Source: an uncultured Clostridia bacterium (lineage in GTDB: Bacteria > Bacillota > Clostridia > Christensenellales > UBA1242). From it: a DNA stretch of 64,000 nt. Below the pieces are notes generated by a model. That model was not told the origin of the DNA. It saw only the letters and a list, made by a program, of their open reading frames with translations, and did no database searches. The stretch spans positions 130,050 to 194,049 of the forward strand of contig CALWKE010000002.1 of assembly GCA_944381185.1 (NCBI GenBank). The letters are read 5' to 3'. A program made the position numbers and the translations under genes. Positions 10,409-21,500 of this stretch are shown here, piece after piece. The number at the start of each line of letters is the position of its first letter. Position 1 is the stretch's first letter.

Positions 10409-10459
10409 TGTTATTATTTAAAAAAAATTTATGTAATTTTTACTTAAATTGAAGATTAC

Positions 10460-10489
10460 TTGACTTGCTAAAACTTGCTATGATAAAAT
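10460..10489 (+). promoter_or_regulatory. sigma-A type promoter for rny
   Basis: TTGACT (10460..10465), 18-nt spacer, TGaTAAAAT extended -10. Confidence 0.5.
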
Positions 10490-10554
10490 TATATTGTGCG
10501 AAATTGATATATTTTTATTGATTAACACAACAACAAAATTTTGGGGGAATAATA

Positions 10555-12114
10555 ATGGTATTAGGTATTGTTATTGCTAGTATTATTTCCTTGGCGATAG
10601 GTGGTGTAGCATCTTATTTTATAACAGAAAAGGTGCTTGAAAAAAAACTTGGCAATGCAAAAAATATTGCTGAAAAAACATTAAAAGATGCTGAAGAAAA
10701 GGCATCTACAATTAAAAAAGAAGCCATTTTAGAGGCCAAGGAAGAAGCTTTAAAAATTAAAACTGATTCTGAAAATGAAAACAAAGAGCGAAGAGCAGAA
10801 ATTCAAAAGATGGAATCAAGAATTCTTGAAAAAGAAGAAGCTCTTGACAGAAAAAATGATGCACTTGACAAAAAGGTGCAAATGATTGATGACGCTAAAC
10901 AAGAAATTGAAACAAGAAAACAAGAAATTGAAACAAAAAAGCAAGAACTTGAAGAGATGAAACAAAATGTTTCAAAAGAACTTGAAAAGGTTGCAGGGCT
11001 CACAAAAGAAGAAGCTAAAAAACAAGTTGTTGATTCAATTATTGATGATGCAAGAAAAGAAGCAGGTAACATTGTTCGCGACATAGAAAACGAAGCAAGA
11101 GAAGAAGGTGAAAGCAAAGCCCGTGACATAATTACACTTGCAATTCAAAAATGTGCAACCGACCAAACCGCCGATGTAACAGTTACAACGGTGTCGCTCC
11201 CAACAGATGAAATGAAGGGAAGAATTATTGGAAGAGAAGGCAGAAATATTCGTGCTATTGAAAATGCAACAGGTGTTGACCTTATTATTGACGACACTCC
11301 TGATGCAGTCACACTTTCATCATTTGACCCAATAAGAAGAGAAGTTGCAAGGCTTACGCTTGAAAAACTTATAACTGATGGAAGAATTCATCCAGCCCGC
11401 GTTGAAGATATTGTTGAAAAAGTTAAAAAAGATATTGAAAAAACAATAAAAGAAGCAGGTGAAAATGCAAGTTTTGAAGCAGGTGTGTTTAATCTTCACC
11501 CTGAACTTATTAAAATTTTAGGTAGGCTTAAATATAGAACAAGTTATGGTCAAAATGTTTTAAAACATAGCCTTGAAACCAGTTATATTGCAGGGCTTCT
11601 TGCTGGTGAACTTGGTGCAAATGTTGCCATTGCAAAGCGTGGAGGGCTTCTTCATGATATTGGAAAAGCTCTTGATTTTGAAATGGAAGGCACTCATGTT
11701 TCAATCGGTGTTGAAGTTGCTAAAAAATATAAGGAAAGCCCAGAAGTTATTCATTGCATTGAAGCACATCATGGCGGGGTTGAGTATAAGTCAATAGAAG
11801 CAATTTTGGTTCAAGTTGCTGATGCAATTTCAAGTTCAAGACCGGGTGCAAGGCGTGAATCACTTGATGCTTATGTTAAAAGACTTGAAAAACTTGAACA
11901 AATTGCAAATAGTTTTAAAGGGGTTGAGTCTTCGTTTGCTATTCAAGCAGGCAGAGAAATTCGTATTGCTGTTAAGCCTGAAGAAGTCGATGACGCATCA
12001 ATGTATGTTCTTGCTAATGAAATTGCACGAAAGATTGAATCAGAACTTGAATATCCGGGTCAGATTAAAGTCAATATTATTCGTGAAACTCGTGCAAGTG
12101 ACATTGCTTCATAA
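10555..12114 (+). CDS. rny: ribonuclease Y
   Basis: N-terminal TM helix, coiled coil, KH domain ([15 protein letters not shown]), HD domain (LLHDIGKA). 519 aa. Confidence 0.95.
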   Translation: MVLGIVIASIISLAIGGVASYFITEKVLEKKLGNAKNIAEKTLKDAEEKASTIKKEAILEAKEEALKIKTDSENENKERRAEIQKMESRILEKEEALDRKNDALDKKVQMIDDAKQEIETRKQEIETKKQELEEMKQNVSKELEKVAGLTKEEAKKQVVDSIIDDARKEAGNIVRDIENEAREEGESKARDIITLAIQKCATDQTADVTVTTVSLPTDEMKGRIIGREGRNIRAIENATGVDLIIDDTPDAVTLSSFDPIRREVARLTLEKLITDGRIHPARVEDIVEKVKKDIEKTIKEAGENASFEAGVFNLHPELIKILGRLKYRTSYGQNVLKHSLETSYIAGLLAGELGANVAIAKRGGLLHDIGKALDFEMEGTHVSIGVEVAKKYKESPEVIHCIEAHHGGVEYKSIEAILVQVADAISSSRPGARRESLDAYVKRLEKLEQIANSFKGVESSFAIQAGREIRIAVKPEEVDDASMYVLANEIARKIESELEYPGQIKVNIIRETRASDIAS

Positions 12115-12127
12115 AATTATTAATTTT

Positions 12128-12154
12128 GGTCATACATCAGTATGACCTTTTTTA
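12128..12154 (+). terminator. intrinsic terminator after rny
   Basis: Stem GGTCATA/TATGACC followed by a T-run. Confidence 0.8.
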
Positions 12155-12201
12155 TTTTGCATAAACTATTTTTAATTTAATTTGTCAAAAATTGCAGACT
12201 A

Positions 12202-12230
12202 TTGTATATATTTTCTTAAATTTATAATAT
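12202..12230 (+). promoter_or_regulatory. candidate promoter close to the dipeptidase start (short or absent leader)
   Basis: TTGTAT, 17 nt, TAATAT, then 8 nt to ATG 12239. No SD. Confidence 0.3.
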
Positions 12231-12238
12231 ATTATAAT

Positions 12239-13063
12239 ATGTATAAAATTTTTGATTTACACAATGATTATTTTTTGAAAATAAAAAAAGATAAAAACAA
12301 GCAAAAATATTTAAGTTCTAATGCCAATTTAGCTGAAAATATAATTTCTGCAATTTGGACAAGTGAACTTTCATGTGATGAATCACTTCGTGAAATTGAA
12401 AGAGCAAGAGATTTTGTAAATTCTCAAAAAAATATCTTTTTGGCTGTTGAAGACTTGCATTTTTTAAGTGAAAAAACATTAAAAAATTTTGTTTCAATGC
12501 GACCGATTTATGCGGGGCTTACTTGGAACACGGCAAATTGTTTGGCAGGCGGGGCACATGAAAGTGGAAAGATAACTAATTTTGGTAAAAAAGTTATCAA
12601 AGAATTAGAAGAAAATGATATAAAAATAGACACCGCTCACTTAAATGAAGACAGCTTTATGGGGGTTTCAAAACTTACAAAAAATCCATTATTTTGTTCA
12701 CATACTGCATTTTATGGTGTTCAACCCAATCAAAGAAATTTAAAAGATTATCAACTTAAAATGATTGTTGATTCAGGTGGACTTGTTGGGCTTTGTTTGG
12801 TTTCAGACTTTATAAGTGGAATGAAAAAATGTTCCATTCAAGATATTGCTATGCAAATAGATTACTTTGCATGCAAATTTGGTATTGATAATCTTGCACT
12901 GGGCACTGATTTTTATGGAACAAATCACTTGCCAAAGAATATCAAAAATTATAGTGACATAACTTGCAAACTCTCAAAATTTTTAGAAAAATTTGGATAC
13001 ACTGAAAAGTGTATAAATAAAATTTTTTATGAAAATGCTAATAATTTTTTCATGAATATATAA
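12239..13063 (+). CDS. membrane dipeptidase family protein (peptidase M19-like)
   Basis: DLHND at the N-terminus, IDTAHLNEDSF, FCSHTA...QRNL, and GTDFYG, matching M19 metal-ligand blocks as remembered. ATG 12239 chosen because the upstream extension is an AT-rich promoter-like sequence. Confidence 0.6.
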   Translation: MYKIFDLHNDYFLKIKKDKNKQKYLSSNANLAENIISAIWTSELSCDESLREIERARDFVNSQKNIFLAVEDLHFLSEKTLKNFVSMRPIYAGLTWNTANCLAGGAHESGKITNFGKKVIKELEENDIKIDTAHLNEDSFMGVSKLTKNPLFCSHTAFYGVQPNQRNLKDYQLKMIVDSGGLVGLCLVSDFISGMKKCSIQDIAMQIDYFACKFGIDNLALGTDFYGTNHLPKNIKNYSDITCKLSKFLEKFGYTEKCINKIFYENANNFFMNI

Positions 13064-13117
13064 TTAAATTGAATTTTATCTCTAATTAGTTTATAATGTG
13101 GTTTATTGGAGAGTGAA

Positions 13118-13705
13118 ATGAGAAAACAGAATAGAAATGCTAAAGATAAAATAAAAAAATGTGCAACACAGATATTTTTTGATATGCCTTATAATGAAGC
13201 CTCAATGCGTGATGTAGCATCAAAGTGTAATATGACAGTTGGTAATATTTATAGATATTATGACAATAAAGAACTTTTGTTTGATGAAATTGTTAAAAAG
13301 TGTTATGAAAACATAATTAAAGTGATAAAAGTTAAAGAATTTGTTCAAAAATATGTTAAAGCAAAAATTGGAGTTTCAGAAAAAAATATTTACAAAAACA
13401 CTAGATTTAGGTCGCATTTAATTGATTATATTGTTAAATTGATAAATGAAAATGCAACAGAACTTTTTATTCTTTTGAATAATAGTTCGGGAAGCAAATA
13501 TGAAAATATAAAAAATCAAGTGTTTGACATGGCAAAAGAGTCAATTATGGAAATGATTAATCAAATTGATGAAGACAGGGCAGAAATTTATGCCTTTACT
13601 GCTATTTCAACACTTTCATTTATATTAAAAAAAGATATACAAAACAAAGAAAAACTTGAGAGTAATACTAAACTATTTTTTATCAAATTTTTTGCAAGTT
13701 TTTAG
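13118..13705 (+). CDS. TetR/AcrR family transcriptional regulator
   Basis: N-terminal HTH ASMRDVASKCNMTVGNIYRYYDNKELLF. About 195 aa. GGAGAG SD before ATG 13118. Confidence 0.85.
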   Translation: MRKQNRNAKDKIKKCATQIFFDMPYNEASMRDVASKCNMTVGNIYRYYDNKELLFDEIVKKCYENIIKVIKVKEFVQKYVKAKIGVSEKNIYKNTRFRSHLIDYIVKLINENATELFILLNNSSGSKYENIKNQVFDMAKESIMEMINQIDEDRAEIYAFTAISTLSFILKKDIQNKEKLESNTKLFFIKFFASF

Positions 13706-13747
13706 TGGTGTTATTATTTTATAACTAATTTATTATACATGTTATTC

Positions 13748-13782
13748 AAAGAGATATGTTTTTATAACTTATCTCTTTTTTT
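13748..13782 (+). terminator. intrinsic terminator after the TetR gene
   Basis: Stem AAAGAGAT/ATCTCTTT followed by a T-run. Confidence 0.7.
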
Positions 13783-13836
13783 GACGAATTTTTAAGAAAA
13801 TAATCGCATAAAGTTTAATAATGTTGATAAACAATG

Positions 13837-13866
13837 TTGACAATTTGTTCATTAATATAATATAAT
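13837..13866 (+). promoter_or_regulatory. sigma-A promoter of the giant surface-protein operon
   Basis: TTGACA (13837..13842), 18-nt spacer, TATAAT (13861..13866), then 8 nt to ATG 13875 with no SD. AATGTTGA occurs twice (13820, 13833) around the -35. Confidence 0.55.
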
Positions 13867-13874
13867 TAATTTGT

Positions 13875-16800
13875 ATGAAAAAGAAAGTGTTTAAAAGAGC
13901 ATTAAAATTTGTTGCAATGGTTGTTTGCTTGTTTGTTACAGCAAGTTTTTTCTCTGGCTGTGTGTTTGGAAAAACAGACACTTCTTTTTCTGTTTCAGGC
14001 TATGTGTTTGATGAATTAGGTGTGCCAGTTGAGGGTGTTAAAATTTCAAGTGAACTTGGTGAAGTGTTAACTGACGAAACTGGTAAATATACCATTTCGG
14101 GCATATTTGATAGTATTGTTGTTAGACCTAGCATTGAAGGTTATTATTTTGATGAAACAAGCAAACTTGTTTCAAGCAAAAATGATGATGCAAATTTTAT
14201 TGCTTCAAAAGAATATACGATTCGTGGTAATGTTCATAGCAATAATATTTCTGTTCCAAATGCAAAGGTTTTAATTAATTCACTTTCGGGCAACTATGAA
14301 ACTATTACAGACGAAAATGGCAAATTTTTGGTTAATGGGGTTGCCGGCAAAGCGGTTATTAATTGTGAAAAAGATTCAATTAAATTTTTTGAAGTCGAAA
14401 CCACGATTGAAAATCCTGATGTTTCAATTAATTCAACATCAACATTTGAACTCAATATCCTTGCTGATGATAAATTAAGCAACTATTCAAAGATTAATAT
14501 GTTTGTTGATGGGGTAAAAGTTCCAATTATTTCAAATAAGATTGTTTTAAGTGAAATTTATTGTGGGCAAGTTATTGAACTTTCTTCTGATGAATATAAA
14601 CTTAACAAAACGAAGATTATTGTTGATAAAATCAATCAAATTGAAGAAGTTTTTGCAAATAAAATATATTCAGTTTCAGGCAAAGTTCAAAGCGGAAATG
14701 TTAGTCTTTCAAATGCGTCGGTTTTAGTTAATGGTGAAATTTTAACAACCACAGATCAAAATGGTTGGTTTAATATTGCTGGGCTGGTTTCAAATAACCA
14801 AATTTCTATTAAGTACCAAAACTTTAATTTTAACCAAGAAAGTATTGACAATTCAATAGTTTCAGAACTTGAATTTAATGGAACTAAAAATGTTTCAGTT
14901 TCAATTTTATTTGATAAGTTTGTAAGTGATGATATTTCATTTAATTTTTCCGGTGCACAAAAAATTAATAATTATGAATATAGATTAGATTCTGTTACAT
15001 TGGGAACGGAAGTTGATGTTTCTTCAAATGACTATTTTGTTGAAGGTGACAATTTTGTTATTGACGACAAAGATGTCTATAACATAAATCTTTACGCATA
15101 TTATGATGCAAATGTAAAAATTCAAGGTGACATTAACGCTTCACTTTATCTTGATGAAAAACAAATTGAAGAAAGTGAACTATTAAATTTGTATGGAACA
15201 CACAAGGTTAGTGCATCTTATGAAAATTATGTTTTTTCAGAGCAAATTTTAAGTTATGATAACTTTGAAGCAACATTGACATATCAAATCCCTTATAGCG
15301 TTTCTATTAAAACCATGTCTGGAGATGTTTATTTAACGAATTCTTATGTTCAAACACAAGATTTAAAATATTTTGCAGATAGTAATGGTGTAATTTTAAT
15401 TGAAAATTTAATTGGACAAAATGAATTGTTAGTTAAAAATGATTTATATAATGATTTTAAACTGACAGTTGACAGCGAATGTGAAAAAGAAATAAACCTT
15501 ACTTATAATATTTATGGAATTGTTAAAACGGGTAACAATGTTGTTTCTAATGCAAAAATTTTGGTTGGTGATAGTGAAGTGCAAACCAATTCAAATGGAG
15601 AGTTTGTTTTATATGATTTGGTTGGCAAAAATCAACTAATTGTTGAAAAAGATTATTACAATTTTGACAACATTGAAGTTTTGCATAATGATAATATTGA
15701 AATTAATGGAAGTTATCAAATTGTTGGAACAATTTCAAATGGCGAAGAATTTTTATCAAACAGAACTGTTAATTTGATTGAAACAGACACTTTTGAAAAC
15801 TTTTCAGTTTTAACAAATGAATTTGGTGAGTTTGAATTTAACAATTTAACGGGAACATATTTTCTTATTACAATTGATGAAAATGGTGAGGCTAATTTAA
15901 AACCTGAATTTTATACTATTTCATCTGGTGGAAGGTATGATTTTAGTTTGAGTGGTTTTGCAATTTCAGGAAGGGTAACATCTGGCAATTTGCCAGTTGA
16001 AAATGCCTATGTTGTGGCTGGTTCTTCATCAACATACACTGACGCTGATGGTTATTATAAATTTGAATTACTCACAAATGAATGCACAGTTTCGGTGAGC
16101 AAGCAAGGTTATAGTTTCAGTGAGTCAATTTTAGTTTCGGAAGATAATGCAGAGGTTAATTTCACTGCTACTTATTCAGTTAGTGGTGTGATTTCAAGTG
16201 GAAATTTCTTTGTTCAAGATGTTGAAATTTATAGTGGTGAAATTTTGCTTGGAAAAACAAATAATAGTGGTGAATTTGAAATATCAAATTTAGCGGGCAA
16301 TGTTTTATTAACATTCAAAAAACAAGGCTATGTTTTTGAAAACGATGTAAAAGTTAGTGCACCAACAAGCATAGAAGTTTCATGCAAGGCAACAAAAGTT
16401 GTTGAAGTTGTTTCAGGCGATATTAAAATTGTTGATTTTGAATATTACATTAACGATGAATTGCAGGGTGTTTCGTCAGAAAGTTTTGTTAATATTGCCG
16501 TTAGTGTTGGAGATAGAGTAACATTCAAAAAACAAGGCTATAAGTTTGACGAAATTTTGATTGGCGAAGGTGATAGTTATACTTCTAATGCAACATATTC
16601 AGTAAAAGGAAAAATTTTATCTGGCGATGTTGAAATTGCTGGGGCAGCAATTAAGGTTAACGGCAAAACAATTTCAACTAATAGTTTGGGCGAGTTTTCA
16701 TTAAGCGACCTTTCAGGAACAACAACAATAACAATTCAAAAAGATGGTTATAACGCAAAAGAGTATGTTCTAACTGGTTTTGATGATGATTTAATTGTTC

Positions 16801-18488
16801 AGTTATCATATAACATTTCAGGAAGAGTTTATGTTGGTGAAAAGGTTCTTGAAAATGTTGTTGTTTCTTGTGGCGAATTAATGGCAACCACAAATCAAAA
16901 TGGTGAGTTTGAATTTAGAGAAGTTATAGGCAAATTTAATTTGACCTTTGAAAAAGAAGGATATACTTTTGACAAACTTAATAGCTTGTTTGGCACGCAA
17001 GAAATTGTGGTTAAAGCAATGTATTCAATTTCAGGAAAGGTTATATCTGGAGATAATATTGTTGCTGATGCCGATGTTGAAGTTATTTCAAGTGAATTAT
17101 CATCTTCAATTTTTGCAAAAACAAATGAAAAGGGCGAATTTTTAGTTGCTGGAATAAAGGGAACTGCACAAATAATCGTTACTAAAGATGGTTATAGCAT
17201 TGCAACAATTTCAGGTTTTACAGATGTTTCAAACAACAATGTGCTTGAACTTTCGTATAGTGTTACACTAAACTTTACAACAAGTGGCGTAACAATATAT
17301 GTTAATGGTGAAAATTATTTAACAACAGATTCAAACTCAATAACAATTCCAAATTTAATTGGAACAAACACATTGAAATTTGAAAAGAAAAATTCTTCAT
17401 TTACACCAAATAACTTCCAAGTTAAAGAACCGGGAACATTTAGTGTTTCGGCAACTTTTGCTTATGATATTGATGGATATATTAAAACTGATTCAGGACT
17501 TCCAGTTTCAAATGTTGGTGTGACAGCTGGTTCAAGTGAAATCATTTATACTGATGAAAATGGCTACTTTAAATTTAGCGGAGTTGCGGGAACTTTAACT
17601 ATTGATGAAGGCGGTGTTTTGTCACAAACAAAACAAATAACAGCCGACGGCACTTATAATTTTGAAGTATCAAATTATAATTTTGCTTACTTTTTATATG
17701 AAAATGCTTATAAAAATTTAGATAACGCTGCAAGTTTTCAAATTATTGGTAATGGTTCAGTTTCACCAAGTATGGGTGGTGGACAGTCTGTTTTATCAGT
17801 GCTTAAAAAAGATAATAACGGAAACAGAATCAAGTTGAATTTGAATTATGGTAATACAGTTTTAGGTGTTGACCCAAAGGTTTCACTGCTTGCATACTTT
17901 AATGCAACATCAAACACATGGTATTATGAGCAAACAAAGAGTGTAAATTCGAACTTAACAGCTAATCATAGCAGTTCAGAACTGCTTGCAAATCCTGTTT
18001 CAATAGCAGATTATCAATCAAGATATGGTGCAAGACCTGATGCATATTTGCCATACAATTTTTCAAATAAAAGCGGAATTAATTCTATTTCAAATATTTC
18101 AGTTAATGGAAGTGGAAATTACACATTCACAATTTCACTTCAAACAGGTTCAGCGGTTTATTCAATGTATGCAACACAAATTGGCACATTAAGTGGTCAA
18201 ACTGTTGATAGTTTTGAATATATAAATCTTAATTATGAAATTGATAAAAATGGTTGGATAGTTAACTTGAATATCAGTGAAAAATATAAAGTAAAATTAA
18301 TGGGTGTTACAATAACTTCAAATATAACATATCGCTTTACAACGCAAAGTCCTAATATAAGGATTGATAATATTGATGTTTCAAGTGATTCAGCAATTCA
18401 AAATTCACTAAAAGAGAGTTCACAAACTGAAATTATTGAAAACTTATCAAATTTAGATGTAGTAAATTCGCTCATCTATGGAAATTAA
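13875..18488 (+). CDS. giant lipoprotein with at least 11 carboxypeptidase-regulatory-like (prealbumin-fold) repeats
   Basis: 1537 aa. Signal peptide with lipobox FFSGC. Repeats of the type SVSGKVQSGNVSLSNASVLVNGE..TTDQNGWF. The C-terminal 350 aa or so are unique. Confidence 0.8.
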   Translation: MKKKVFKRALKFVAMVVCLFVTASFFSGCVFGKTDTSFSVSGYVFDELGVPVEGVKISSELGEVLTDETGKYTISGIFDSIVVRPSIEGYYFDETSKLVSSKNDDANFIASKEYTIRGNVHSNNISVPNAKVLINSLSGNYETITDENGKFLVNGVAGKAVINCEKDSIKFFEVETTIENPDVSINSTSTFELNILADDKLSNYSKINMFVDGVKVPIISNKIVLSEIYCGQVIELSSDEYKLNKTKIIVDKINQIEEVFANKIYSVSGKVQSGNVSLSNASVLVNGEILTTTDQNGWFNIAGLVSNNQISIKYQNFNFNQESIDNSIVSELEFNGTKNVSVSILFDKFVSDDISFNFSGAQKINNYEYRLDSVTLGTEVDVSSNDYFVEGDNFVIDDKDVYNINLYAYYDANVKIQGDINASLYLDEKQIEESELLNLYGTHKVSASYENYVFSEQILSYDNFEATLTYQIPYSVSIKTMSGDVYLTNSYVQTQDLKYFADSNGVILIENLIGQNELLVKNDLYNDFKLTVDSECEKEINLTYNIYGIVKTGNNVVSNAKILVGDSEVQTNSNGEFVLYDLVGKNQLIVEKDYYNFDNIEVLHNDNIEINGSYQIVGTISNGEEFLSNRTVNLIETDTFENFSVLTNEFGEFEFNNLTGTYFLITIDENGEANLKPEFYTISSGGRYDFSLSGFAISGRVTSGNLPVENAYVVAGSSSTYTDADGYYKFELLTNECTVSVSKQGYSFSESILVSEDNAEVNFTATYSVSGVISSGNFFVQDVEIYSGEILLGKTNNSGEFEISNLAGNVLLTFKKQGYVFENDVKVSAPTSIEVSCKATKVVEVVSGDIKIVDFEYYINDELQGVSSESFVNIAVSVGDRVTFKKQGYKFDEILIGEGDSYTSNATYSVKGKILSGDVEIAGAAIKVNGKTISTNSLGEFSLSDLSGTTTITIQKDGYNAKEYVLTGFDDDLIVQLSYNISGRVYVGEKVLENVVVSCGELMATTNQNGEFEFREVIGKFNLTFEKEGYTFDKLNSLFGTQEIVVKAMYSISGKVISGDNIVADADVEVISSELSSSIFAKTNEKGEFLVAGIKGTAQIIVTKDGYSIATISGFTDVSNNNVLELSYSVTLNFTTSGVTIYVNGENYLTTDSNSITIPNLIGTNTLKFEKKNSSFTPNNFQVKEPGTFSVSATFAYDIDGYIKTDSGLPVSNVGVTAGSSEIIYTDENGYFKFSGVAGTLTIDEGGVLSQTKQITADGTYNFEVSNYNFAYFLYENAYKNLDNAASFQIIGNGSVSPSMGGGQSVLSVLKKDNNGNRIKLNLNYGNTVLGVDPKVSLLAYFNATSNTWYYEQTKSVNSNLTANHSSSELLANPVSIADYQSRYGARPDAYLPYNFSNKSGINSISNISVNGSGNYTFTISLQTGSAVYSMYATQIGTLSGQTVDSFEYINLNYEIDKNGWIVNLNISEKYKVKLMGVTITSNITYRFTTQSPNIRIDNIDVSSDSAIQNSLKESSQTEIIENLSNLDVVNSLIYGN

Positions 18489-18500
18489 GGAGGAGGAAAT

Positions 18501-21500
18501 ATGAAAACAAAATTAAAAACATTAATATTTAGTTTTTTAATAGCCATTGCAAGCATTGGTATGTTTTTTGGTGCAGAATTTGATTTAAATTCAACTTTTG
18601 CCGCTTCTCCTGTTTCTTTCTTAAAAAATAAAAGGCAATCTCAAACTAATGAAATTTTAGTCACTAATGCTGTGTCTAATGGCACATCAACAACCTATAA
18701 TTTATATTCATCACTTGCCGACCTTGCAAATTTTGATTATTACACTTTGACTTATAAAGGTTTAAATGCTGATGATAATCGGCTTTTCCATTCAGTAAAA
18801 AATCCTGCACAGGGAAGTGATTTAAAGGGGAATGGTCAATTTGTTGCAACTTTATCATTTTCAAAAAACATGCAAGTTGCTGCAAATGCTGGCTATATTT
18901 TGTTAGATGCTTCGGCAAACATATGTTCACCAGATGGTGGAAAAATATTTTTTGTTTCAGACTCTGCCGATGATGTTATATTTGATTTTTATGCATATAA
19001 TGATGCGTCTAGTTTATCAGTTTCAAAATCAGCAACAGTAACATCATTTAATTCAACAAATAAAAGTTTGCAATTATTAGCAAATGAAATTTCAGGTCAA
19101 AATTTTGATAAACTTGCACTTTCATTTAAGTCAGAATTACAGGGAGTTGGTGTTTATAACAATCTTGAAGTTAAAAATCCACTTGTAATAGTTTCAACAA
19201 CTGATAATATAAAGCCAAGTTTATCTGTTTCAGCAAGCAATAATTGGGCAAAATCTAGAATTTTAACAATTGATGCAACTGATAATGCAAGTGGAATTTA
19301 TAAAGTTGAAGTAAAACAAGATAATGGTGAATTTGTTACAATTTTAGATAATTCAACAGATTTAGTTTATTCAAATTCTAATAATTTAGAATATGAAATA
19401 GCATCAAATGGAACATACACATTTAAAGTTACTGATAATGTTGGAAATTCTTTTGAAACACAATATATTGAAAATAAAATTGATAATGAAAAACCAGTTA
19501 TTGAAGTTACATTAGATGAAATTTTCACAAGTAAGACATTCAATTTTTCTGCTAACTTTTTATCAAATGTGGCAAGTCCAGAAAATTATTATTATACATA
19601 TAGTCTTGGCGATTTTGTTTCTGAAAAGATTGCATTTTCAACCGAAACAAATTCATTTACTGCCACTCAAAATGGTAAATATACATTCACTTTTTATGCT
19701 GTTGATGAGGCAGGAAATGAGAGTGACCCAGTTATAAAAACAATTTATGTTGACGACATGCTTTACAAAGTTGATGTTAAAGGGCAATTTGCAAATGTTA
19801 CTGAAAGTTTCGAGGCTTATAGAAGCAAAAATAATAAAATAACTTTTGCACCAGAAACAGACAATGATTATTTTTATAAACTTCTCGTTAATGGCGAAGA
19901 AGTTTCACTTTCTGCCGAGCAAATTGAAAGTGGCGAGTATTCATTTGACATAACTTCAAATATGACCATTGAAGTGCTTTTCAGAAAGCAGATTTCTCTT
20001 GATATTCAAGATGAATATGAGTATAGCCCAAATGGCTTAAAAGTAGTTTATACTTCAAGTGAAAGTGGTGAGTTTGATATTGTTTTTGAATATTATGATG
20101 AAACAAAAACCAACAAGTTTGCATCGGTTTCAAGTGTGGGAACTTATATTGTTTGCTATAAAATTGATAATGATAAATTTTTTGGTTCAGGCGAGCAAAA
20201 AATATTAATTATCCCTAAAAAGGTTGAAATCAAGAATGTTAAAACTGAATATGAATATTCTTCAACTATTCAAAATTTAATTTTTGAAAAGAGTGATAAT
20301 ATTGAGCTTGTTATAACATTCTATCAAAACGAAGTTGCAACAGACTTTTTAAATGCGGGCATTTATACATATGTGATTTCAACAAATAACACCAACTATC
20401 AAGTTTATGAAACTGGAAATGTGACAATGCTACCTCATAAGATTGAAGTTAATGTTATTTCAAATTCTTTTGTTTATGACGGCGAAGAAAAACAAGTTGA
20501 ATATAGTTTAGATGTTTTGGCTAGTGGAGTTGTGGTTGAATATACAAATTCGTTAGGCGAAAAGGTTATTCCTCAAAACGCAGGCGAATATGACGCAAAA
20601 TTTTCTTTAAATGATAAAAATTATGTTTTAGAATATGAAACTAAACTTATTATTACCAAAAGAAAAATAACTGTTTCAGTTAATTCAAAAACAATAACTT
20701 ACGGCGAAGATATTCCAGAAATAACTTATAGTATTTCAAATGAACTTGAAAGTGAAAAACTTTCATTTGAACTTAATTTATCAAATTTAAGTATAAATGC
20801 CGGTTATTATATAATAACTATAATTAGACAAGATGACAATGTTGCACTTGGTAACTATTCTGTTTTATATCAAGATGGATACCTTCAAATTAATAAAGCA
20901 AAAATTACAATTATTCCTGATGAAAAGCAATCAAAGGTCTATGGCGAAGAAGATGATGTTTTAACATATAGCATTGTTGGCAAACTTTTTAATGATGATA
21001 AACTCATTGGTGAACTTGCTCGAGACAGCGGGGAAGATGTGGGTTATTATAACATAACTATTGGCACACTTAATAATCCAAATTATGAATTAGAAGTTCA
21101 AAATGCAACATATCAAATTGTTAAAAGAGTTGTTGTTGTTCAATTAAATTCATATCAAAAAGTTTATGGTGAACTTGACCCTGAATTTTTGATAAATGCC
21201 GATAAATCAAGTGTTTTAGAAAGTGATTTGTTATTGTTTAATAACAATATAACAAGAGAGCAAGGCGAAAATGTTGGGGAATATTCAATTACGCTTAAAA
21301 CTGAAAATCTTCAAAACTATACTATTCTTGTGACTTCTGCAAAATTCACAATTTTGCCAAAAACAATTGAGGTTTGTGCAAATGATGTTGAAGTTGTGTT
21401 TGGTGAAAGTTCTAATTTATCATACACAGTTTCTGGTTTGGTTGGTGATGATTTGTTAGGTGGTTCACTTGTTCGTGAAGTTGGTGAAAATGTTGGGGAA